From NCBI GenBank assembly GCA_942493285.1, contig OW818691.1, positions 950,875 to 1,014,874 of the forward strand: 64,000 nucleotides of DNA. Direction: 5' to 3'. A program made the position numbers and the translations under genes. The notes under the pieces are model-generated. The model made no database searches. It was not told where the DNA came from and saw only the letters and a program-made list of their open reading frames with translations. This stretch comes from an uncultured Myxococcia bacterium. Its GTDB lineage: Bacteria > Myxococcota_A > UBA9042 > PHBI01. Shown here in pieces: positions 41,750-50,886 of the stretch (its first letter is position 1; every line of letters begins with the position of its first letter).

Positions 41750-43594
41750 TCACTTGGTTGCTTTGGTGCGAATCACCTGATTCTGGATGGGCTTGCCGTC
41801 GATCTCGAGGATGTTGAACTCGACACGGCGATTCTGGTCGCGGCCTTCCTCGGTGTCATTCGTGTCGATCGGGAAGTCGAAGCCATATCCCTTGGCGATG
41901 AAGCGGCTTGCCGTGACACCCTTGCTCACTAGGTATTTTGTGACAGCTTTGGCGCGCCGGTCCGACAATCCGAGGTTGTAGGCGCGGGTGCCGATGCGGT
42001 CGGTGTGGCCTTCGACACGCACGAGAGTGATATTCGGGTTGTCGTTCAGGATGCTGGCGACGACATCGAGCAGGGGGTAGCTGCGGTCCTGCAGGGTGGC
42101 TTTGTTGAAGTCGAAATAGACACGCTCGAGGATCTTGATGGCCGTTTCGGTCAGGATTGCCCTGGGCTTCTCGTCGGGGCATCCATCCTCGTCCTCCCAC
42201 TCGTTGATCGTCTCGGGTTGGTCGCGGCAGGTCCCGAAGCCGGCGTTGTCGGCGGGGCCGTCGGCGACATCGAGAATGCCGTCGCCGTCGTTGTCGACGT
42301 CGGGGCAACCGTCCCCGTCTTCGAAGCCGTCCTTGTCTTCGGGCGCATTGCGGCAGGCACCGAATCCGGATGCGTCGAGAATGCCGTCGGTCGCGTCTGG
42401 GATGCCGTCAGCGTCATTGTCCAGGTCGGGGCAGCCATCCGCGTCTTCGAAACCGTCGACGTCCTCGGCGGTGTCGCGGCATCTGCCAAACCCCGATCCG
42501 TCGTCAGCCCCATCGGTCACATCGAGCACCCCGTCGCCGTCATTATCGGGTTCGGGGCAGCCATCGCTGTCCTCGAATCCGTCGTAGTCCTCCGGGTCGA
42601 GCGGGCACTTGTCGTCGGGGTCGAGGAGGCCGTCGCCGTCTGTGTCCCGCTTCCGGTCGACCGCGCTGTACCCGATGGAGAGCGCCGCTCGGAAGTCCGG
42701 CGACCCTACGCCTGAGGTCAGGCCCGCGCCGGCGGCGACGTTGCCACCCCAGTTGTCGTCGAACCAGAACTGGATTCCGCCGAGTGCCTCGGCCGGCGCC
42801 GTATTGTTTGCGCTGATGTCGACCTCCTCGCCGACCCCGACCGCACCGTAAGCGACGCCGATGAGGGCGAGGTGGTCCTCGACCAGCGGGATTTCGACGC
42901 CCAGGCCCCAGCGAAGGGCGTTGGTATTGATGAAGTTCAGGACCTGCTGCCGGCTACGCGCCATGAACCCGAGATTGGCGCTCACCGAGAAGCCACCGCG
43001 CGTCTGATACTCGAGGACGAGCCGCGGCTCGATGCGCACACTGCCCTCCGAGTGGTAGCTTCCGGAATCGCCTGTGGGCAGGTGGATTGGAGCCATGAGT
43101 GCCAGGCCAAAGCCGCCGAAGTCGCGAGAATCGAGGATCCTGACCTTGGGCACGATCCGCAGGTCACCCGTGGTGAACGAGTTGAACTCCTGCGGTGTCT
43201 CGGAATCGAAATCCAGGTCGGTGGCACTCTGAGCCAGAATCAGCGGCATCACAAAGCCGATGTCGATGACGTCGAAGAGCCCGAGACCAAACCAGACCTC
43301 GCCCTTCAGGACGTAGTCGACGATGCGCCGCTCTATCTGCTCCGGGTCTTCGGCAAAGACCAGATTCAGGGGGTCGTCCTGGTAGTGGAAGACGAGCCCG
43401 AACGACGGGGTCAGGTGCCGCGTCACGTCGGAGCGGCCGATGTTCAGGATGTTCGTTCCAAGGCCGGGCAGGGGCTCGAACTGTTCGATAGCGAAGCTGC
43501 GGTCTGGGTCCTCCTGCGCCCTGACGCTCGTCGAGGGGACGAGACCGAGCACCGAGGTGGCAAGAGATGCGGTGAGTAGTGAGGTGGTCTTCAT
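41750..43594 (-). CDS. OmpA-family outer-membrane protein: N-terminal beta-barrel, 4 thrombospondin type-3 repeats, OmpA C-terminal domain (TraB-like architecture)
   Basis: Signal peptide; alternating beta-strands; DxDGDGxxD...DGCP repeats; VEGHTD...YNLGLSDRRAKAV, NRRVEF. Start moved to ATG 43594. Confidence 0.9.
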   Translation of the reverse strand: MKTTSLLTASLATSVLGLVPSTSVRAQEDPDRSFAIEQFEPLPGLGTNILNIGRSDVTRHLTPSFGLVFHYQDDPLNLVFAEDPEQIERRIVDYVLKGEVWFGLGLFDVIDIGFVMPLILAQSATDLDFDSETPQEFNSFTTGDLRIVPKVRILDSRDFGGFGLALMAPIHLPTGDSGSYHSEGSVRIEPRLVLEYQTRGGFSVSANLGFMARSRQQVLNFINTNALRWGLGVEIPLVEDHLALIGVAYGAVGVGEEVDISANNTAPAEALGGIQFWFDDNWGGNVAAGAGLTSGVGSPDFRAALSIGYSAVDRKRDTDGDGLLDPDDKCPLDPEDYDGFEDSDGCPEPDNDGDGVLDVTDGADDGSGFGRCRDTAEDVDGFEDADGCPDLDNDADGIPDATDGILDASGFGACRNAPEDKDGFEDGDGCPDVDNDGDGILDVADGPADNAGFGTCRDQPETINEWEDEDGCPDEKPRAILTETAIKILERVYFDFNKATLQDRSYPLLDVVASILNDNPNITLVRVEGHTDRIGTRAYNLGLSDRRAKAVTKYLVSKGVTASRFIAKGYGFDFPIDTNDTEEGRDQNRRVEFNILEIDGKPIQNQVIRTKATK

Positions 43595-43729
43595 GGAGCG
43601 TTCTCTTGATGAATGGCATATTGGCGAAACAGGGAGCTTGCGGACCCGCAACGAGGCCTCGACCGCTTGCCGCGGTCATGCCCTCGCAGTGGGAGCCGTC
43701 GTCGCGGGAGCACGAGTGGAGAAAAGGGT

Positions 43730-43785
43730 CGACATGACCTCGAGCGATGACGGCCGTCACGCGAATATCGGTCGAGGTCATGTCG
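43730..43785. other. Nested palindrome: 14-bp perfect inverted repeat enclosing a 12-bp palindrome
   Basis: CGACATGACCTCGA / TCGAGGTCATGTCG around TGACGGCCGTCA (43748-43759). Confidence 0.75.
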
Positions 43786-43985
43786 GAGCAGCGAGACACC
43801 GATGTCCAGGCGCCAGGGGAAATGTCTGCTCGCCACGTCGCAGGCCAGCGGCGGAGCGGGCCGTAGCGTGCGCGAGCGACGTCAAAAGCGAAGGGGCATA
43901 TGATCTCGTGCGTGCGAACAGGGCGTTGGCGGTGGCGCCTCACCCAGCCTCGCGTTCACGAGGCCGGGCGAGAACAGTCGCTGAA

Positions 43986-46900
43986 TCAGACGCGGTGGCT
44001 GCGGCGGCGGAGCATGCCGACCAGCATGAGGGCCAGCCCCACGAGTGCGAAGTCTTGAATGCCACCGCCGGTACAGGTCGGTCCGCCGGTCACGCGCATC
44101 TGCTTGGGCTCGCTCAGGATACCGACAGTCGCCGTGCCGGTGTTGCATGCGTCGTGCACGTCGCACACCGTGTACTCGAGCAGGTCTTCACCGACGAGGT
44201 CCGCACCGGCCTGGTAGCGGATATCGCCATTCTCCTCGAGAGTGACAGTGCCCAGAGGCGCGTCGTTCGTGATGCGGACACGGGTAATCCGCAGCACATC
44301 GCCATCGGCATCGGTGTCGTTGGCGAGGACGTCGAGGACGGTCGTGCTGTCAGGCATGACCACGAACATGTCGTCGTTCGCTTCCGGGGCCCGGTTCGTC
44401 TCGGTCGGGACGGTCGCGGTGACGGTGAGCGTGACGCTCGCGGTGGCACATTGCTGCATCGAGTCGCAGGCGTCGTAATAGAAGACGTCGAGCCCCACAA
44501 ACCCAGCCGAGGGTGTGTACCGGAGGGCACTTCCAATGCGGACGACTGCGCCATTGGTCGGAACCGTGAAGGCACCGAGGGTCAGGGTCACTCCCACGGT
44601 CGCATGGCTGTCGTTGGCCAGGACGTCGACGAGGACCGACGTGTCTTGTTCGAGCGAGGCGGTGTCAGCCATGGCATTCGGAGTGCCGACATTCCCCGTG
44701 TCGACCTCGATCGTGACATCGGCTTCGTCGCAAGCGCCGGACGGGTCACACACCTCGTATCTCACCGTCACCTGGCCGCGGAATCCGCGTGGGGCCGAGT
44801 ACACCAGGAGGTCGCGGTCGATTGACGCGCCGCCCTGGTCCTCGAGCGGCTGCAGGACTATCGCGGTGAGTGTCAGGGCGTCGCCGTCGGGGTCCGTGTC
44901 ATTGCCAAGGACGGTGATGGAGGTGGATGAGCCAGGGTTGACACGCGCACCATCGTCGACCGCCACGGGGGCGTCGTTGACCGGAAGAACCGTCACGAGG
45001 ACGTCACCTTCGGCGCACTCTCCGCGGGCGTCACAGGCGACGTAGACGAAGTTGTCCTCGCCGAAGTAGTTCGCCGCCGGGACATAACGCGCGAGCCCGC
45101 TGCCGACGACCTGGACCGAACCATTCTGCGGGAGGACGGCGAAGCTCGAGATCGTCAGGGCATCACCATCCGGGTCGCTGTCGTTGGCGAGTACATCGAT
45201 ATCGACGACGGTGTCCTCGTCGAGCTCGACGTCGTCATCGGCGACAATCGGCGTGGTGTTGGACGGCTCGACCACCGTGATGTCCACCCGCGCCAACGCG
45301 AAGCCACCGCGGCCATCGCTGATACGGTAGGCGAACGAGTCGCGACCGACGAAGCCATCGTTCATCCGCACGACGAGGAGCTGCGCGTCGGCGTCTTCGG
45401 GGAGCTCACCCGCGACGAAGAGGGCGGTGCCGTTCGACGGTTGCTGAACCTCCACGATGGTGAGCGGGTCGGAGTCGGGGTCCGAGTCGTTCGCCAGTAC
45501 ATCGAGAATGCCCTCGGCGCCGAGCTCGAGGACGAGCGTATCATCGACTGCGACGGGAGCCGTGTTGGCACTCTCGAGGACGATCACACGCACCGTGCTT
45601 GTCGCGGTCAGGCCCTCCGGGTCGGCGATCTCGACTGCGAAGATGTCCTCGCCGACATAGGCTGCCGAAGGTGTGTAGGTGACGAGATTGCCATCGCCCG
45701 GTTCGGTGCTGCCGAACTCCGGCATGGACACGAATGTGACCGTGAGGTCGCCACCTTCGGGGTCGATGTCGTTGCTGGTCGGGTCGAAATCGACGGCGGT
45801 GTCGACCAGCGTCGTGACGAGGTCGGCGAATGCCAGCGGCGGGGCATTGAGGCCTGCTCCAACCGAGACAGTGACGGTTGCGGCGCCGCATCGGCCATCG
45901 GCCGTGCAAGCGGCGTATCGGAAGGTGTCCTCGCCGGTGAAGCCGAGCGCTGGCACATAGGACAAGCCCTGCGCGTCGAGAGCCACAAAGCCGTGGGCGC
46001 CGTTGCTCCACGTGGCCACCATCAGACCGAGTCCGGCGGGGCCGACGTCGTTCGCGAGGACATCGATGGCGACGCGCACACCCGACGTGGTCTCGGCCGC
46101 GTCGTCGTTGACGTTCGGCATCTGAGGCGCCTGGCCCTCACCGACGATGATGGTGAGCAGTGCACTCTCGCAGGCCATTTCCGGGTCGCAGGCCATGTAG
46201 GTGATAGACACGGTGGTATCCGGATCCGCGCTGGCAGGTGCGAACTCGACATTGCCGTCGTCGTCGATGGTCGCGGTGCCGGAGCCGTTCGCGACGAGGA
46301 GCTGTGTCACGACGAGGCTATCGCCGTCGCGGTCGACATCATTGTCGAGGACGTCGACTGCGACGGTGGTTTCGGCCGGGGTCTGAGCGAAGTCATCGAA
46401 GGCGTTGGGGGCGTCATTGACCGGAGTGACCTCGACCCGAACGGTACCGACATCGCACGCACCGAGCTCGTCGCAGACCTCGTAGCTGAAGAAGTCGAGG
46501 CCGAAAAAGTCGTCCATCGGCACATAGAGGACGGTTCCATCGGTCAGCATGGAGGCCGCGCCAAAGAGCGGTTGCGCAGAGATGGCACGAGGTGTCAGGG
46601 CCTGGCCGTCGGAGTCGGTATCGTTGGTGGCCACGACGATGAGAACCCTTGTGTCTTCAGGAGTCAGCGCTGCATCATCGAAGGCGACAGGTGGCGCATT
46701 GACCGGGCCACAGTTCCCGCGGACACCGTCGGCACACTCGACGCAGTGATTCGATGAATCGCACACCAGGCCATCCTCACAATCGGGGTCGACCGTGCAC
46801 TCTTCGCAGCGGGCCGCGGTAGCGGTCTCGTCGCATGCGGGAGCCTCGAGGCCGCACCCGGAATCGACATCGCCGACGGTGTCGTCGATGCAGGTGGTGC

Positions 46901-49205
46901 AAATCGAGTCATCACCCGAGCCCTCGCAGAGCGGCTGCTCGGGAGTGCAGCCCGCATCGACCTCGCTCCCCGTGTCGAGGCAATCGACACAGGTGTTCGT
47001 CGTGGGGTTGCAGACCTGATCGCCATCACAATCGGCGTCGAGCGTGCACTCGACACACTCGCCCGCGCCGGTTGTGCCGGAGCCGACATGGCACGCCGGC
47101 AGGACCTCGTCGCAGCCCTCGTCGACTCCACCGGAGACCGTGTCCTCGCAGACCACGCATGTGTTGGTGGTGGGATCGCAGACCTGATCGCCATCACAAT
47201 CGGCGTCGAGCGTGCACTCGACACACTCGCCGGCGCCGGTTGTGCCGGAGCCGACATGGCACGCCGGCAGGACCTCGTCACATCCGGCGTCGATTCCGCC
47301 AGAGACGGTGTCGTCGCAAGTGACGCAGCGGTTGTCTGCGCCGCAGATCGGCGGTCGGCAATTGCCATGGGTGGCACATGGGTCGACGTTGATCTCGATT
47401 GGAGCCACGAGGCAGTTCGTGAGCAATCCACCGATGTCCACACAAGCCTGGACGTAGCAGGTGACCTGGCCGTAGACCTCGGTGGTGGAGATGACGCGGA
47501 TATTGCCATCGAGGTCGATTTCGCATTGGGCGAGGTCGGCTTCGACATCCAGAAGGGCCGACTCGGAGAAGGGGCCGGTCAGGGTGGCCGACACATTCAA
47601 CGAGTCGATGAGCGCATTTGCGGCGAGGCCCAGCGAGGCGAGGACGAGGTCGCGGTCGATGAGGCCGGTCTCGCCGAGGTCGAGGTCGAGCAGCGGGAAA
47701 CGCGGCGTGCAGTCGGCGTCCTCGAGGCACTCGACGCACGAGCCGCCGTCGCAGGCGGGAACGTCGCCGTCGCAGCCGCGGTCGATGGAGCCTGCGGAGG
47801 CAGTGTCCGCGCATGAGGCGCAGGTCGAGTCGTCGAGGCACACCGGGGCGATATTGCAGGTATTGGAGAGCACACACGCGTTCACGTCGACATCGAGTGG
47901 GGCGGTGACGCAGGTCTCGACGGTCTGGCCGAGCAGCGTCGTGCACACCTGGATATAGCAGGTGACCTGGGCTTCGACCGCGTTGGCCGTGATGGTGATG
48001 TCGCCGTTGGCGCCGACCGCGCAGTTGGCGACCGCGACGTCGGCACCGAGGACAGCTTCGTCGCTGAACGGGGTGTCGAGGCGTGAGGATACCGCGACAT
48101 TGGACGGCAGGAGCGCGGTCGAAAGGCGCAGGAATTCGAGGACCTCGGCGAGTCCGACCGTGACCTGTTGGCCTGGGCCGAGGAGCGTCGAAAGCAGGCT
48201 CGCTTCGCAGTCGGCGTCGGCGGCGCAGGCCACACATGATGCACCGCTTTCGTCGACGTGGCAGGACGGCGAGCCCGAGTTGCAGCCGGAGTCGATGAGG
48301 CCGGGGCCGCGGTCGTCGCGACAGGCGACACACGCGTGGGTCGCGGTGTCGCAGGTGGCGACCGGGTTGCAGGTGCCGCCGACGAGACAGAGGTCGACTA
48401 GGATGTCGAGCGGGGCGGTCGTGCAGATGCCGAGCAGGGGGACACACGCGCGCACATAGCAGGTGTGGACCTGGGCATCGGCGTTGGCGCCGGCGACGAC
48501 TTCGACGCGGTCGTCGGTGGTCACGGTGCAGGCGACGTCGCTGCCGACGAGGGCTTCGTCGGTGAACGGGCCGTTGACGTCGGCGCTGACCTGGACGTCC
48601 GTCAGGAGGGCCGTGGCGCTGACGCCGAGGAGGTTGCGCAGGAGGTCGTCGGTGACCCGCACGACCTGGCCGACGGTGGCTGCGACAAAGCCAGAGGCGG
48701 CGCCGCAGTGGGTGTCGTCCGTGCAGCCGACGCAGGTCGGCTCGGCGGCGTCATCGCAGGCCGGGGCGGCGCTGGTGCAGCCGCGGTCGATGGCGTCGTT
48801 GCCGGCTTCGCAAGCGACGGAGCGCAGGGGGTAGGTCGTCTGCTGGCAGATCGTGATGAGGCCAAGTGTGACGGTGCAGGCGCGAGCGTGGCAGGTGGCG
48901 GAGGCGGCCGGGCCCTGGCCTGCTTCGAAGACGAGGTTGTTGTTGTCGGTGCGGCAGGTCAGGCGGCCGTCTCCGGTGAGATCCGCAGAGGCGGCCCATG
49001 GGCCGGCGGCGGCGGCGGAGACGGTGACCGTGGTGTTCACGCCGGGGACGACGCCGAGGATCTGGAGAAGCGTCGCGAAGGGGACCGACTCGTCCGTGCC
49101 AAAGACGAGGTCATTGGGTGAGGCCTGGGCGTTCGCTGTGGATGAGTGGAAGGCTGTGAGCGTTGCGCACAGCCCGACGATGAGACCGGTAGTTCTCGTA
49201 AACAC
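43986..49205 (-). CDS. Large surface adhesin: four copies of an unrecognised ~100-aa domain, Cys-rich repeats, 9 cadherin-like Ig (Big_9-type) repeats, MYXO-CTERM-like tail
   Basis: Signal peptide from GTG 49205 (GGGGAAG upstream); CVxCxxDxxC repeats; N-x-P-x-A-x-DD...DVLAND-x-D-x-DG repeats; tail GGPTCTGGG...ALVGLALMLVGMLRRR. Confidence 0.88.
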   Translation of the reverse strand: MFTRTTGLIVGLCATLTAFHSSTANAQASPNDLVFGTDESVPFATLLQILGVVPGVNTTVTVSAAAAGPWAASADLTGDGRLTCRTDNNNLVFEAGQGPAASATCHARACTVTLGLITICQQTTYPLRSVACEAGNDAIDRGCTSAAPACDDAAEPTCVGCTDDTHCGAASGFVAATVGQVVRVTDDLLRNLLGVSATALLTDVQVSADVNGPFTDEALVGSDVACTVTTDDRVEVVAGANADAQVHTCYVRACVPLLGICTTAPLDILVDLCLVGGTCNPVATCDTATHACVACRDDRGPGLIDSGCNSGSPSCHVDESGASCVACAADADCEASLLSTLLGPGQQVTVGLAEVLEFLRLSTALLPSNVAVSSRLDTPFSDEAVLGADVAVANCAVGANGDITITANAVEAQVTCYIQVCTTLLGQTVETCVTAPLDVDVNACVLSNTCNIAPVCLDDSTCASCADTASAGSIDRGCDGDVPACDGGSCVECLEDADCTPRFPLLDLDLGETGLIDRDLVLASLGLAANALIDSLNVSATLTGPFSESALLDVEADLAQCEIDLDGNIRVISTTEVYGQVTCYVQACVDIGGLLTNCLVAPIEINVDPCATHGNCRPPICGADNRCVTCDDTVSGGIDAGCDEVLPACHVGSGTTGAGECVECTLDADCDGDQVCDPTTNTCVVCEDTVSGGVDEGCDEVLPACHVGSGTTGAGECVECTLDADCDGDQVCNPTTNTCVDCLDTGSEVDAGCTPEQPLCEGSGDDSICTTCIDDTVGDVDSGCGLEAPACDETATAARCEECTVDPDCEDGLVCDSSNHCVECADGVRGNCGPVNAPPVAFDDAALTPEDTRVLIVVATNDTDSDGQALTPRAISAQPLFGAASMLTDGTVLYVPMDDFFGLDFFSYEVCDELGACDVGTVRVEVTPVNDAPNAFDDFAQTPAETTVAVDVLDNDVDRDGDSLVVTQLLVANGSGTATIDDDGNVEFAPASADPDTTVSITYMACDPEMACESALLTIIVGEGQAPQMPNVNDDAAETTSGVRVAIDVLANDVGPAGLGLMVATWSNGAHGFVALDAQGLSYVPALGFTGEDTFRYAACTADGRCGAATVTVSVGAGLNAPPLAFADLVTTLVDTAVDFDPTSNDIDPEGGDLTVTFVSMPEFGSTEPGDGNLVTYTPSAAYVGEDIFAVEIADPEGLTATSTVRVIVLESANTAPVAVDDTLVLELGAEGILDVLANDSDPDSDPLTIVEVQQPSNGTALFVAGELPEDADAQLLVVRMNDGFVGRDSFAYRISDGRGGFALARVDITVVEPSNTTPIVADDDVELDEDTVVDIDVLANDSDPDGDALTISSFAVLPQNGSVQVVGSGLARYVPAANYFGEDNFVYVACDARGECAEGDVLVTVLPVNDAPVAVDDGARVNPGSSTSITVLGNDTDPDGDALTLTAIVLQPLEDQGGASIDRDLLVYSAPRGFRGQVTVRYEVCDPSGACDEADVTIEVDTGNVGTPNAMADTASLEQDTSVLVDVLANDSHATVGVTLTLGAFTVPTNGAVVRIGSALRYTPSAGFVGLDVFYYDACDSMQQCATASVTLTVTATVPTETNRAPEANDDMFVVMPDSTTVLDVLANDTDADGDVLRITRVRITNDAPLGTVTLEENGDIRYQAGADLVGEDLLEYTVCDVHDACNTGTATVGILSEPKQMRVTGGPTCTGGGIQDFALVGLALMLVGMLRRRSHRV

Positions 49206-49347
49206 GTTTCTTCCCCGCTTTTGGACGGTTGGGTGGGTGAACGGCTCTTCCATCCGATTGGGGCGGATGGCGGAGCCACCTGGGGGGGCACGTGGGCGAG
49301 TGAGCAAAGGTCGGGCCAAAACGCCGGCCGGCTTTAGGTGTCTGAAA

Positions 49348-49430
49348 AGTATAGGCTTTTTGGATCTTGCGGGCGAAGTTCGGACAGTTTTTCCGGTAAA
49401 GGATGCTGAACGGATCGGGAAGTTTTGCCG
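49348..49430 (-). promoter_or_regulatory. Candidate adhesin promoter (-10 TATACT) with two upstream 16-bp direct repeats
   Basis: TATACT at 49353-49348; CGGCAAAACTTCCCGA and CGGAAAAACTGTCCGA (13/16 identical), 35 bp apart. Confidence 0.4.
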
Positions 49431-49606
49431 AGGTTTTCGGACGGACTCGGGTGTTGGGCTCGAAGAGAAGGCGCATGTCCGCCGAGCCTCCCGGGCCAGA
49501 CCTTTCGGCATTTGTTTGGCCCTCTGTCCTTGCCAGTGCGGGCGAGGCGCTTCACTCTCTTCGTATGACAGGCGCACCACACCCCGCGCCTGCCGGGAGC
49601 TCGATC

Positions 49607-49909
49607 ATGCGCAAGTCCAATGCGTCGACGACTGAGGACTACGAGGCCACCAAGACCCAGCCGCCGAAGCCCGGGCATGGGGGTGACGACGATGCGCCGA
49701 TCTCGACCGCCGGTGAGGCTTCCGAGGTGAGGACCGGGCCGCGTGAGCTGCCGGATACACAGGAAGGACTCTACTCCGACAACTGGGCCTATCGGGTCGA
49801 CGAGAACGAGGGTGAGGGGGAGCTGCACGCCGACCCGGAGGAGCTCGCGGCCGAGCTCGATGGGCTGGAGATCAGGACGGAGAAGGAGATGCGGCGCACC
49901 GTGAACTGA
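49607..49909 (+). CDS. Small acidic hypothetical protein (100 aa)
   Basis: GGGAG SD, typical GC3 bias; start moved to ATG 49607. Confidence 0.55.
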   Translation: MRKSNASTTEDYEATKTQPPKPGHGGDDDAPISTAGEASEVRTGPRELPDTQEGLYSDNWAYRVDENEGEGELHADPEELAAELDGLEIRTEKEMRRTVN

Positions 49910-49936
49910 GGTTGCGCGCGTAGTGTCCGAGCGTCG

Positions 49937-50743
49937 TCAGCGTCCGAGTGACTCGGGCTGGAAGATGGCGTCGGGGAAACGCGCGTCCGGGTTCTGGGCA
50001 GTGATGTCCAGGGTCGTCTGGGTCGACTGGACGAGGTCGGTCATGACGAGACGCGAGGGGACGAGGCGCTTGTCGGGGCCGATACGCGCGACGCGTTTGA
50101 CCTCCAGTCGGCGGACTGCAGCGAGCCCGTTTGTGGTCTGGCGCTCGAAGTCGAGTCGCACGGGGAGGAGACCGTCTTTCAGGATCCAGGCGGTCACCCG
50201 CGAGAACCCGCCGGGCGCCCGGGTGCCGGGCTTCGGGGTGATGGCGAGTCGGTAGCAGGGCTGGCCGCCGAGGTTCTCGTCGGGCAGGCCGGCGATCTCG
50301 GCGTTGTCGAAGTCGCGTTTCTCGAAGTCGGCGAATGAGAAGTCCGAGCCGCCAAGCCGCCCTTCGCGATCGTCCGGGGTGACGCGGCGCAGCTCGGCGC
50401 TCTTGGGAAGCCAGAGGTACTGGAGCGGAGGCGCGCCGCGTTTCTCGACGAGCAGGTACTCGATGCCGCGCTGGTCGATGGGCTCGAGAAAGGAGAGGCG
50501 CATCTTGCGTGTGCCGTCGGCGATGGCCGAGCGGGCTTCGAGCTTGCGTGAGATGAGGCGCCCCGCTTTGTCGCGCAGCTCCATGCCGAGCGTAGCGCTG
50601 CCGGCGCCGAAGCCCAGGCGATCGCCGCCGAGCGCGGACTCGGCGATGTCGCGTGGGGTGGGCTCGGCGCGGGCCGAGGCGGACCAGGCGAGGGTCAAGG
50701 CCAGGGCGAGGCGGGCGGCGTGGCGTCGGGCGGAGGCGGGCAT
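49937..50743 (-). CDS. Outer-membrane lipoprotein-sorting protein (LolA-like fold)
   Basis: Signal peptide; FLEPIDQRG...L; QYLWLP...RRV; GGSDFSFADF; ENLGGQPCYRL. Start moved to ATG 50743. Confidence 0.85.
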   Translation of the reverse strand: MPASARRHAARLALALTLAWSASARAEPTPRDIAESALGGDRLGFGAGSATLGMELRDKAGRLISRKLEARSAIADGTRKMRLSFLEPIDQRGIEYLLVEKRGAPPLQYLWLPKSAELRRVTPDDREGRLGGSDFSFADFEKRDFDNAEIAGLPDENLGGQPCYRLAITPKPGTRAPGGFSRVTAWILKDGLLPVRLDFERQTTNGLAAVRRLEVKRVARIGPDKRLVPSRLVMTDLVQSTQTTLDITAQNPDARFPDAIFQPESLGR

Positions 50744-50886
50744 GCACGGCCTTTGGGGGCGGAGGAGCTGGGGGCCGCACCAGAGGCGGGCGTAAAATGA
50801 AATACGAAATGTCCCGACCCCTATTCCAGGACCCCGGTGAAGATGGGGCGAGACAGGGCTGGATTCGTGGGGCCATCCTGTCGACA

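Noticed and set aside
49872-50876. 334-aa Arg/Pro-rich minus-strand ORF
   Set aside because: Alternative frame of the LolA-like gene (49937-50743), which carries the family motifs.
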